A stretch of 64,000 nt of DNA, taken from the NCBI RefSeq assembly GCF_006345805.1, contig NC_043009.1:70618001-70682000 (forward strand), written 5' to 3'. This document shows positions 40,574 through 52,840 of the stretch, piece after piece. Made by a program: the position numbers and the translations under genes. Source of the DNA: Octopus sinensis. Taxonomy: Eukaryota. The notes beneath the pieces were generated by a model, which ran no database searches, was not told where the DNA came from, and was given only the letters and a program-made list of their open reading frames with translations. Numbering within the stretch: the first letter of the stretch is position 1; every line of letters starts with the position of its first letter.

Positions 40574-43009
40574 TCATTTATAAAAGAAATATAAAATGAT
40601 CTTGTTTTATTTCTAAATAAACATAAATTATATCATAAATACAGCCCATTGTAAATATCATACTTTATGAAAGCATCCAATATCTGATTAGAAGTTTTGT
40701 GCGATGTAAAAATATTATGATTTTAAAAATGCTGAAACAACAACTAGATGCTTAAGTAAGAATATGTAACAGGTCTGTGACGCTGAGATGTGGCCAGCGC
40801 CCATCTGTAATTTATTCCCCTAATATCGATAATTACATAGCAACATAGTCCGATGTTACTCAGTTAATAATAGAAATATCCAAAAGGTCCTTCTTGTTGC
40901 ATTTCATATTATCCAAAGTTGAACAAAAACGAAATTGTATGAATATCTTCATATCCGTTTCTATCAATAATACATATATCACTTATCAGGCGCAGAAGAT
41001 GTGTTCCTGAGAGATAATCTCCGTTAATCTCCGTTTTATTGGAGCATCAAACTATCAAAGAATAAAGCAACCAAACTAATACTAACTATAACTAGTCAAA
41101 TGGCTTTGAATTAGTAAACTTACACTCATAATGAAGAGAAACATTATTAGCAAATGATAATATATGTCTAAGACTGTAAGTTAAAAAGTCCTGGCATCGA
41201 AATGAACAGTGATATTTGCGAAAAAATCTACAGAAATGTTCGTCTTATTGACATCCTCGACAAAACACGGTCTAACCAAGAATTATCAGCCACATTACAT
41301 GCACTCTGATAATCATTAAAAAACTTAAATAATAGACAGGATCAAGATGGGCCACTGTGACCATGATGAGTAAATGAAAACTCCGTTTGAAAGAATTAAA
41401 ATCTGATATTTCCGTTGTTTCTATTCAATTAAATAATTTGCTATCATTGAATGTCTGAGAGAAAGAATATTAGAAAACTCGAATACATTTCTTTTTATAA
41501 GAATCATAGAGGAAATTAAAACTTAACAGAGTAATGGACCAAAAACATTTTCCGTAATTCATTACTCTCGCTATTCATAAGAATGTTAAACACATCGTAC
41601 CTTTTTACATTTATGTCTGGGAAGCCAAATTCAGTTAGAAATGCTTGTCATAGCTATACTTAAAACGTATCCTCTGCTGATAAAAGCGTAATAGGATAGA
41701 GAGAGACTAGTATGTGCAGCCAGTTTAAGAGGCCAGAGTTTCGCATATTAGTCAACACCACTGAGTTATGTCGATCTCCAATATTCTATGAATATTCCCA
41801 TGACACCCAGCAGAAAATATTCATCACAGAATGATATATTTAATCGACTTTCTCTAAAGGAAACTGCGCGCATTTTCATAATTTGGGGGTCGAGGGGAGA
41901 TGGGGCAACTCTCCTGTATAAAACAAACGGGTTTTTTTTACGTGATCAAGTGACCTGTTCAAATAAAAGTTACACCTTCACAACACCTCATCATCTTAAG
42001 AAACAGAACGAGACATAATTCTACTTATCACTAACGAGATCGTTAAGGCTGCAAAGTTTTTCAATATAGATCTGCAAAATAGCGGATTCTTCGAGATAAT
42101 CAACTCCAACAACTTCACTAGATTTTGTGTTCCATAAAAGCATTTGCAGGACGGAATAGAATGGAAAAGTATATGAAAAGAGAAAAAATAAATTGAACTT
42201 TTTTTCTAACACATATTTTCAATTCTATGAATGAATGATTTCTCTGACATTACTAGTGTCTTTGATAAATGCATGAGCTTCTCGCCACCGCTAATTCTCC
42301 ACCGTTTTAAAGTAAGAGATTAGTCTGAAAATTCAATAACCATCAATACTAGATAACATTTAGTTTTACTGGCATTATAAGTCTGAAAACCGCTTGACTT
42401 CACTTTATCGCTTCTTTTCCCGGAATCACTAAATTTATTCTAGCTTAGCCACAAGTTAATACACGGCGACCAGATCAAATAGTGTAAGGTTTTCCAATTC
42501 TTACCGTCTCATTTTTTCTTCAGAAACACTTGGATACTTTATTGAAAAAGAAAAGAAAAGGAAGGATACTGGATAAAACATTGTAGACAAGTTTACCTTT
42601 AGTTTAGTTACTGCCCATTCTGAATCAGATCCTATCAAAGATACCTTTGGCTTTGATCGTTCTGAGATCAATATGATAAGAGCTAGCCCAGGACTAGGAC
42701 CTAAAATATAGACTAAAACCTTCATATATTATGCAGCATTGTTCGTGTGGCAATCTCAACTAGATCCTGAAAGGTAGCTTTCAAATTTTATTTATCCATT
42801 TGGTCCGTTTGATGCTTGGTACTTATATCTGACATGAATTGTGAAAACTAGTCAGTGAATCAAAGTAATTGTCAGTGAAATAGCCGCAGAGTAATCAAAA
42901 TTAAGATCTGCTAAACAGAGCGTAACACATTCATCTCTAAGATGATCATAATACTTCTGTTAATATTTTTTAAAAATTCTAAATTTGATTTAAGTTGCTT
43001 TGCGGGATG

Positions 43010-43094
43010 GATTGTTTCAATGAAGTCGCGTATTGTCCTTGCCTTCGTTACACGGAGTAGATGAAACAGGGACAACTGAAGAAGGGGAATATTC
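43010..43094 (+). ncRNA. Degenerate type-II-topology hammerhead ribozyme candidate
   Basis: GATTGTTTC..GAAG-TCGCG-TA-TTGTCC[long hairpin]GGACAA-CTGAAGA-AGG-GGAATATTC. The GAAA box is imperfect. Confidence 0.35.
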
Positions 43095-43559
43095 TTTACA
43101 TTGTATGTCTCGTTTCTCTGATTGTTTTTTTTTTCGTTGTTCGAAAAGAAATTCGTTTCTATATTTTTGTTTTTATGTTTTCGTTTCTCATTGTGTTCAA
43201 CTTTTTTTATGTCCTCTACCCTTATATGCATGTATATATACATATCTATGTAGACATTTACATACATATATGTATATATGCATATATTTATATATTATTT
43301 ATATTATCATATGATCGAACGCCACGCATCCTTCTCCATATAAGTTTTATCTTAATAATTACGATGTACACCCTTCTATCATTACTATCTCATCTCTGTC
43401 CATCTCTCTCCCTCTCTTGTCCTTCATCCTTTCTGGTTTTCTCTCCCACCCTCCCTATTCTTCTCCTCTCCTCTTCACCGTTCGCTCTCTCTCACTCCTC
43501 CTCCTCGACTCTCTCGTCGCTGACACGTGACGAAAGAGAATCTGTCTTTCTACCAACTA

Positions 43560-44950
43560 CCTTAGTAAAGACAACAGCGTGCTTATGCTGTCTCCTTCAT
43601 ATGCTTTCACTTCGTCAGATCATCAAGAAGACACGTGAGATAAATCAGGAGCTGTTCATGGTGTTCGCTAAATCCTTCGACAAGCGATATAGGAAGTTCT
43701 CAAAAAACGTGGCATACCAGACAAGACGTTGATTGTAATCGTTTCCTTTCATAATGGAATGAAAGCTGCTGCCGTGATCGGCAGAGAATCTTCAGCTTCT
43801 TTCAATGTTACAAACGGCACAAAGCAAGGTTGTGTCACGGCTCCCGTTTCGTTTGAACTCTTCTCTTCAGTGATGCTGAAGTATGCTTTTGGTGACAAAG
43901 AAAGTGGTGCTTAGTTCCAATTTCAACAAGTGAGGGACTATACAATCATCGACGCTTCAAAATCAAAACACAGTATCGTTCGTCCAATTTTTTTGCAGAC
44001 GATGCTGCACTAGTAGTGACTTCCTTAGAGGAAGCTCAACAACTTCTAGAAGGATTTTCTGCAGCATCTAAAGGCTTCGACTTAACGATCAGCTAAAAGA
44101 AGACGGAGGTAATCCACCAACCTTGCCCTACTGGCAAGCAAATTCAAGGAGTTATGCCGAAGCCGACGGTTCACAGTTTCCTTGACAATCCTACACAGGT
44201 TTACAGGAAAATCCTAAAGTATGTGAAATCATTTGGTACTCAAGTGAACTTGAGCGCTTTCCTTGATAATGCAATCATCAACAGACTTGCGAAAGCAACC
44301 AATGCATTTGACAAACTCTATCATCACCTAGGGAATAAAAGGGACATTAAACTTGAAACGAAAGTAAAGTTCTTTAAAGCTGCCATTCTTACTACTCTCT
44401 TGTATGATTCAGAATCATGGATATCCTATAGGTGGCACATTAGTCAACTAGACGTCCGCTACAAAGGCTGTATCAGGACAATCTCTGGTTATACACCAAT
44501 AGACAAAATACTAATGTTGACCTGCTTAGGAGGTGTAAGACGGGTAGAATCAACAGCTTCTTTACGAAGTGGTAACTGTGCAGCGCTGGTCACGTTGACA
44601 GAATGGGTGGCGAGGGAATACCCATGTATAGCCAGCTTGATAGTGACCGCAAAAGTGTTGGTCGACCATGGCTCAAATATAAGGACAAGCTGAGGACCAA
44701 CGTCTCGTCGGTCAATGTAGCTCACAATACTTTTGAGCAAACAACCTTGGCACGAACAAAGTGGAGATTGTTGTGTCGAAATGGTACAAAAGACGTTGTT
44801 TCAACCAGCATTAACAGACAAGCGGTGCAGGGCAAAGGCGAAAATCGGCTACAAATATACCACCTGCCACTGACCGTATTATTTATACTTACAACATCTA
44901 CGGGCTTCTTTTCAAATCGTTGGGACGACTCAAATGCCACATTCGGCATA
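43560..44950 (+). mobile_element. Degraded RTE-clade LINE (RT region)
   Basis: SLRQIIKKTREINQELFMVF, FNVTNGTKQGCVTAPVSF, FADDAALV, AAILTTLLYDSESW and GRPWLKYKDKL. Many stops and frameshifts. Confidence 0.85.
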
Positions 44951-44985
44951 AGCTTTATGACGGACAGAGTAAGTGTTATATATAA

Positions 44986-45026
<41 letters not shown>

Positions 45027-48000
45027 TATTAGTACATTGACTGAAAGGGAATAGTTGTTAGGTTCATTGTTATGCATTCTCAGCTAGACTTACATCATAT
45101 GTTACAATCAGAACTATTTTACCTTTTATTTTTTGTTGTAATTTAATAAAAGAAGCACTAGAAATTCACAGAGTTCGATTCGAATTGCTATACTTCTTCA
45201 AATACTGTCACCGTGCGTTTGAATAAAATCATTATATTTAAATGCATTTTACTACTTCAACGACTATTGAACAAAGAAAAAATCGATATTTTCAGCGAAG
45301 AGGTTTATAACAACAAGAGATACCCATTCATTCTTGGGTTCCAATAACCGTAGTATGATATGCATATTTGAAAATGTGTTAATGAAATACTTGTATGATA
45401 ACTAGGAAATGTATTGTATTAATTAAATTAATGAGATAAATGTAGACAATTCACTTTTCTATAAATGTTCTTATTTTTAATGTCATGCATACATATATCT
45501 TGATACTATTTCAATAAAATAAACATGTTTTTGTCGGAATTTGAGGGACAAATTGTTTTTATATAGGCACAAGTGCAAAACCATTAGGGCGAGAATGAGT
45601 GCTCAGTCATATGTGATATTTTGTTCAACACTTATTCCAATCTGATAATCCACCGATTTTTAAAATCAAGGTTAAAACATTCATTAATTCTAATAAAGAG
45701 TTTTAACGAATCAAGATTTTTCATATGACATTCAGTAAAACGAATTCTGTTTTTCCAGCCTTTATAGTCAACTCATGTATACCTTCACCTCCTCATATAT
45801 ATGTTTTCACTTAATATACACCTTCCAGTTCGTCAATAGCTTATAGCTTTCATAGCAATAACATCTATGTAGAATTTCCAAACGTTGTTGTGTGAAGGCA
45901 TTTAACGAGAGAACAAGAGAAGTCAAAGTCAACAATGGCGTGTTTAATCCTGGTTTTACATAGTTTCTGAGTTATTTAAAACTTTTCATTGATCAAATCG
46001 CAATTTTGTTCTTGGAAATTAAACTCCATTGAAATTTTGAAACTCAATGAATTTGCTGATCAATGGTGTCTAATTGTATTACAGTTACACGTGACGCAAG
46101 ACTGAAAAAAACTTCGTCTTGACTGGAAAAAATAGAAATAAAAATCATAGGAAAAAGACTTGATTTAACATTTTTGTACAAAAAGATTTTCTTACTTCTC
46201 AACAGTTCTACATTTCTCTGGTAGCAGTCTGTACAGGGAAATATTTAAAAAATCTCTGTAATTAAGTTATGTTTAATCAGTAAGGTGAAACATTATATTT
46301 AACATATGGATATCCTATTTCCGGGCAATATACTGGATTATCTTTGTGTAAACCTACGGCCAAATTTGTATGTGAAAATGAATAGTTCATAAAATACAAG
46401 GGTACACTATGTAGGATAACGAAATCTGAATGTAGTGGTATGAATATAAATACTGTAAAACATTGCACCGGCATACTGACGATTCTTTCCGCCCCAGAGT
46501 CTGTCAACATGTAATATATTGATTCTAAAATTAGGAACAAAATGAAGAGGTCTAATGGATCAAGTCGACGCCAGTGCTTAAGTAGTATTTATCCTTTAAT
46601 CCAAGAAGATATGATTTCAGAATGTAATAAATATAACGAAAAGTATAATTGGCCCAGTGCTGACTATTCTAACCAATTTTTCTCAAGAGGCACAGTGTCA
46701 CATAACTTGGGGAGGGTCCAGTCGAGTAGGACGATTCAGCTCTTCACTGGTCGTTATTGTGTCGACCTCTGGAAGGTATATGACAAATGCGAAACTACCG
46801 GGATTGATTCGAAATCAGAACCTAAATATGGAGGTAGTTTAACACGGCAAGGCATATCGTCTCTGTTGATCAAAGCATTCTTTTGTAATATATTGATTCT
46901 GACATTGCGTCATATTTCGGGGAGAGGTATAATAGATTATATCGATCATAATAATTGACAGGTATTTACCGAAGCCAAGAAGGAAAACCTCTAAACTGCC
47001 AATCGATCTTCTAGAAAATAGCTGTTTAATCTACTTCTAATAACATTCCAAAGTTGCCTAAAATAAAAATAAAAGACATATTGGATAATGTGGTCATATA
47101 TATACAATGTTTGAATAATGAGCTCAGGTTAAACACTATCAACAAATAGTATTCATTACTCGGCAGAATGTAGAAGAGATCTAATATTGACAACGAAATG
47201 ATTTAAACGTGAAACTTAAAGGAAGCAAGCTAAATATTGCATAAGAACATTTAATCCGTTGTTACAGCACATAGTTTTCATTCTTGTGCTGCTCTGTTGG
47301 AAAAAATATGACAGCGATGATGCACTGAATAATATATTAGAAACGTAGGTTACAGAAGTATGTTGCAGTCGTTCAGTTCGCGTGGTCACAGACGGGCAAT
47401 TATCGTTAATTTCGTTTGTAATTAACTGCCTAACACATGATGCCCCAAGTGCAGATGTCTGCCAATGCACAAAATCATAGAATCAAATTATAAAGAGGAA
47501 TGAATAAACGATTCGAAGGAACATGGTAAAAAAACCTGATGGGCAATATGGATGGCCACTATAGCACAATCTCCGGACCAGGTTGGGTGGGAATATAAAA
47601 ACAATGACTCAGAGTAATGTTTGGCATGACGGTAAGGGGTTTGGCAGTGGCCCTTCCGCAGACGCCACACCTACGAATCAACGTATTTAGGAAGATCCCC
47701 CGTGCAAGACGGGTAGTCTATACTTGGTTAGGTTATATCCATTCGAAAAGACACCTGCCGAAGTAACTGCGTAGAATGTGCTGGAAATCTACAGGTCAAC
47801 TGCAAAATTAGAAGCATCATAAACTGGATAAAGTGCCCGGAAAGAAACTGGATAGTTTACCCCGAGTCCGACATAGCAGAAACTTGTTGGAGTATTAGTG
47901 AAAGATACAACGGAGGAGGCTGCATGTCTTGTTTAAACATACATCAGATATCATGTTAAGACAAGTCTTTGAGTTTCTCTTTATATGGACGCACAAACCC

Positions 48001-48114
48001 AACATCAACCGCAAGTCCGAATGGGGTCACACCTCCCTTAACACTATCCTCACTTTCCCTTTTCTTTCAAATTATTTTCTTTTATTTACTTATTTATCTG
48101 TTTCTGAATATTGA

Positions 48115-48149
<35 letters not shown>

Positions 48150-48407
48150 CATACTAATACATACTAATACATACACCAACCCCATACATACGCACGTCCA
48201 GACCAATCCCACGCACTAATACTCTCTCATACACACACACACACACACACACACACCCTTATACATACTAATACATACACCAACCCTATACATACACATC
48301 CAGACCCCTCCCACGCACTTTTAGCTGGTCCCTCAACCCTATTATCTCCCCTTATTTCGCTCTCGCGTCTCATGTTTGATCTTTGACCTCTGGCCGAAAT
48401 CAGATCG

Positions 48408-48615
48408 CCATGTTGATTCGTTAGCTACTGCACGCATTTTTTTTCTCTCCTTCTTTCTGTGTTTTTCTCTCTCTGTGTATCTTTCTGTTGAAGAGCGTAG
48501 GCTCGAAACGTTAAAGACTTGTTTTATTTATATTTCCTGAGCGCCATACTAATACAATTGTTCGTTTGTTTTCCACCTGCCTTCGTCTTTTGTTTATTTT
48601 CATAAAGCTTCCCGT
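48408..48615 (+). mobile_element. ~200-bp repeat module (copy 2 of 3) with hammerhead-like motif
   Basis: TCTTT-CTGTTGA-A-GAGC-GTAG-GCTC-GAAA-CG-T-T-AAAGA at 48480-48517. Ends in (TA)n. Preceded by a ~57-bp direct repeat within 48145-48320. Confidence 0.7.
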
Positions 48616-48806
48616 TATATATATATATATATATATATACTTATCTACGATATATATATGTGTGTGTGTGTGTAAATATGAAAATTATTAGTAATTTTTA
48701 ATCGTTTCACATTTTTCATATTTATATTTAATTTATCTTTAATTGATCCTGATATAATTTTATCTTTTCCATTTAATTCTTCTTACCACTCTCTCAGCAC
48801 AAGCCC

Positions 48807-48964
<158 letters not shown>

Positions 48965-48965
<1 letters not shown>

Positions 48966-49588
48966 GGCGCGGAACTGCCATCGGATGGAGCTGCCCGAAA
49001 TGTACGCAGAGCGATGAAATCGTTCTGCACGCACTCGCCCAGAGCCCAGAGCCCAGAGCCCAGAGACGTGTGGGTTCGTGTCGAGCACTTGCCGTCGCGT
49101 GTCGCACGAATCCAGCTCTCAACTGAGTCTATTGTTAAGATTGTTGTGTCCCCTTCCTTTGTCGGCAAGGCCGGATAGTTTTTATTTGCCTGGTCACCAT
49201 GGTGAAAGAGGTTGTGTGGTGGACAAAAGTGAAAGGGCTGAAGACGAGCACTTTCTTCTCTGGTGAATGTCTGATCTTTCAGGTTCCACTTGCCGAGGTA
49301 TATCAGAGTGGAGAGGGAAGGGGCTCCCTTCTAGTGGATAAGAGTGGTGGGCATGGTTCGTGTGAACGGGTCTGCTCTGAGCATGCTCTTCTGTGTGGTC
49401 TAGGACATCGCTATTTTCTGTGGGGTTTGCATGGGGTTCCCTTCGAAGTCACTCCCCAACTATTGGGGAAATGCAATTGTTTCATTTCATCGTTCATTGT
49501 TTTATATGTTTACACGGTAATCCCCCATCTCACTTTTATTCGCATCCCTGTGTGTCTTATGTAGGCCAATGAGGCCAATAAAGAAAAC
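48965..49588 (+). mobile_element. L1/Tx1-type LINE 3' end, degraded
   Basis: SCPKCTQSDEIVLHAL (CCHC-like) and VKEVVWWTKVKGLKT, then a UTR ending in AATAAAGAAAA. GC-richer than the flanks. Confidence 0.6.
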
Positions 49589-49657
49589 ATCATTATTATT
49601 TTTCGTTTGGGGATTTGGTTTGCTAGATTCTATAAGTGAGTTCGTGTGTTGAAGCAT

Positions 49658-49928
49658 ATTCTGTTGTGTCTGGGGAGAGTCATTTTCTTTTCTGTGCCTC
49701 ATAATGTAACACACTCATCGGTAAAATTTCCACTTTTTTTCTTATGTTTATTGTCCTAAAACTTTCGTTGCGTCTTGCAACCTTTTCAATAGTTTTGAGT
49801 CAAAACTACTGAAAAGGTTGCAAGACGCAACGAAAATTTTAGGAAAATAAAAAATAAGAAAAACGTGGAAACTTTACCGGTGAGTGTGTTAAATAAAAGA
49901 AAATGACTCTCCCCAGACACAACAGAAT
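49658..49928. repeat. ~270-bp imperfect palindrome centred at 49799, with a hammerhead-like motif in each arm
   Basis: ATTCTGTTGTGTCTGGGGAGAGTCATTTTC...TTTTGA-G-TCAAAA...GAAAATGACTCTCCCCAGACACAACAGAAT. Confidence 0.9.
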
Positions 49929-51012
49929 TATTATTATTACTGGCAGAAAAACCGCTCCCCAGGCGGTTTCCTCCTGGCATATGTGCTTCGCATATTGATA
50001 TTTATATATACCCGTAGATATGATACATAAATTATAGATTGAATTGACAATATGTTAATATATTGAAAACAGACTCTGTTACAGTTTATTTCGGAAGCAG
50101 TAAAATAATCCATGATACATTTAAAAAAGACGGTAATGAAAATTGGGAAAGAGATGTCACAGCCAAGAGAAGATGTTCGTGAATCGTCACTTGAGTGAAT
50201 TTGAAAATAATTCCCTCTTCTGGGAATTAATGAATTTACCAATATGAAGAATTGAGTTTTGCTATATTGTTCTTTCATTATATTCACTTATAGACGTCTT
50301 AAGTTTTCCTAACGTCCCTTTCCTAACAATTAAAAAGAAACTTAAATACATTTTAATTGGAAGAGAGTAATTAATGTCTCACATCACTTTAGAACTTTTT
50401 GCAGGCATGATTGCCAGCAAATGGACCCCTTTCGTTTATCTCGGTTAATATTTTTATACTTTCTTTTCTTGATGTACTTGATAATTTAACATATATCTGA
50501 TCATGTGCGAAGAAGTGTGTTGGGAGATGATATTATTCACTAAATAATTTCAAGGTGGTACTCCAGCATGACCACAGCCTAACCCAATTTGAAAACTTAA
50601 TTCTATTAAATAGGAATTGTTGTTTTTGTACTACATAATACTTTTTAAAATAATTTACTCACATGTTTTATTTTTGTTTTTTTTTTCGCTTTATTACATT
50701 TTTTGCGAACGCGAAAGAAAACTATTTATTTACATATGGAATTCAAACGGAAGTTGATATTTAAAACAGAAGCGAATCTTGTAATATTAAGCATTATAAT
50801 TTATGTTTAATATGCAAATAAACTTTATAGCTTAAATTTTTTTTAATATTCATTTATAATTTCTTCAAAGTAATATGATATTTTTTAATAGCGTGGGGAA
50901 AAAACCGGACACAGTCTCGCACTTCTTCAATCATTATAATATAGATTATACTATTATTATTATTAATGTTATCATCAGCATCATCATCATCATCATCAGC
51001 ATCATCATTATT

Positions 51013-51400
51013 AGGGTGGCAAGCTGGCAGAATCATTAGTGCGCCTGACGAAATGCTTAGCGTTCTGAATTCAAATTCCGCCGAGGTCGACTTCGCTTTT
51101 CATCCTTTCGAGGTCGATAAGTTAAGTACCAGTTGAACACTGGGGTCAATGTAATCGACTCATTTCCTTCCCCAGAATAACTGCCCTTGTGGCAAAATTC
51201 GAAACCATTATAATTTATGATTATGATTAAGGTGGCCAGCTGCTAGAATCGTTAGCGAAAAGCTTAGCAGGAATTTTACCCATCGACACGTTCTGAGTTT
51301 AAATTCCACCGATGTCGACTTTGACTTTTATCCTTTCGGAGTTGATGAAATTAAAAAGCAGTGAAACAAGGAAGTCGATGTAATAGACTAGTCCCTCCCA
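51013..51400 (+). mobile_element. Two tandem tRNA-derived SINE copies (Meta-domain-like), 51013-51210 and 51229-51400
   Basis: GCTGGCAGAATC(A/G)TTAG...TTCAAATTCCGCCGAGGTCGACTT..CTTTCATCCTTTCG..GTCGATAA. Confidence 0.8.
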
Positions 51401-51513
51401 TTTTCCTGCATTCATTTCTGTCTTGAGTATTGCCCTTACCCTGCGATAACATTCTTTTCTGGTCCTTTTTCCCATCATTGAATGTTTGATTATTATTATT
51501 ATTATTATTATTA

Positions 51514-51544
<31 letters not shown>

Positions 51545-51551
<7 letters not shown>

Positions 51552-52400
51552 GTTTGACTTTTGCTTTATGTTTGTACAAGTTGGCTCCAAGTCTCACCCA
51601 GAGACCTCAAGAGACAACAGGTTGGAAGTTCTGTGCCATATATTTGGGGTTTTTTTGGGGGGGGTGTACTAGTGAATGTCTAATACATTAAAAAAAAAGT
51701 TTGTTTTAAACCTTGGGATTACATAGAGAGTATTTTGCGTAGGATATGAGCAGTTCCCATGAGCACACTATCTTTTGAATTTCTGCCATTTTGAGGTTTC
51801 CTGGTATCTGAGTTAGGTAGCAATCAGCCCCTTTCGCTATCATTCCCAGGGCACCTATGACAACAGGTATTGTTTTAGTCTTCAGGTTCCACATTTTGCT
51901 GATTTCTATTTCAAGATCTTTATATTTGCTCAGTTTTTGGTAGGTCTTGACAGATACGTTTATATCGATTGGGACAGTCATATCAATGAGGAGGCATGTT
52001 CTTTGTCTGAAGTCTTTCAATATTATATCTGGGCTGTTTGCATCTATCTTTCTGTCAGTTTGAATGGTGAAGCTCCAGAGGAGTGAGATGTGGTCATTTT
52101 CAAGCACTGGAGGCGGATTGTGTTCCCACCAGTTTTTTTCATGGGGCAAATCCAGGTTTTTGCAAATTACCCAGTGAATATATTGTGCAGCTCTATCATG
52201 CCTGTTGAGGTACCCTGTAGGTGCTAGACGACTGCACTTGGAGACAACATGATCAATGGTTTTATTTTGTTGTCGACATACACGATATGTTGGGCTACTG
52301 CGCTTAGCTTTTTCTGTGCTTGTTTCTTGTATGACTATCTCTAATTCCAAAATTTGTTGTATTCGCAATTCACTTAGATATTCCTTTGCCTGTTTTGTTT
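51545..52400 (-). mobile_element. R4/Dong-like RLE retrotransposon, 3' part with an internal deletion
   Basis: YRVCRQQNKTIDHVVSKC, NRHDRAA, DANSPDIIL, LIDMTVP, QKLSKYKDL and PVVIGALG. (ATT)n on both sides. Same orientation as the main cluster. Confidence 0.9.
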
Positions 52401-52417
52401 TATTATTGTTATTATTA

Positions 52418-52495
<78 letters not shown>

Positions 52496-52840
52496 TTATC
52501 ATCATCATCATTATCATCATCATGATCATCATCATGATCATCATCATTATCATTATCATTGTTATTATTATTGTTATTATTATCCTTTTTATTATTATTA
52601 TTGGTATTAATATGAAAGAAATCTTTATTATTAGTATATCTAAGTGCTATTCTACTACTACATCTCCCACAGCCGTTGCATTTGCCGTTAGAACTACAAC
52701 ACTTATTGCTGCAACTGGTGCTACTACTGCCGCTGCTGCTGCCACCGTCACGGCTACAGTAACAACGGCTATCACTAGTATTACTGCTACTACCACCACG
52801 GTTATAACAGCAACAAGAATAACTACTACTATTACTACAA
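52400..52840. repeat. (ATT)/(ATC)n tract followed by a degenerate (ACT/GCT/ACA)n array
   Basis: Directly visible trinucleotide periodicity. Confidence 0.85.

Noticed and set aside
43061-43732. 223-aa hydrophobic ORF resembling a membrane protein
   Set aside because: It crosses T-rich, TA and CT low-complexity DNA and ends in a dead RTE fragment.
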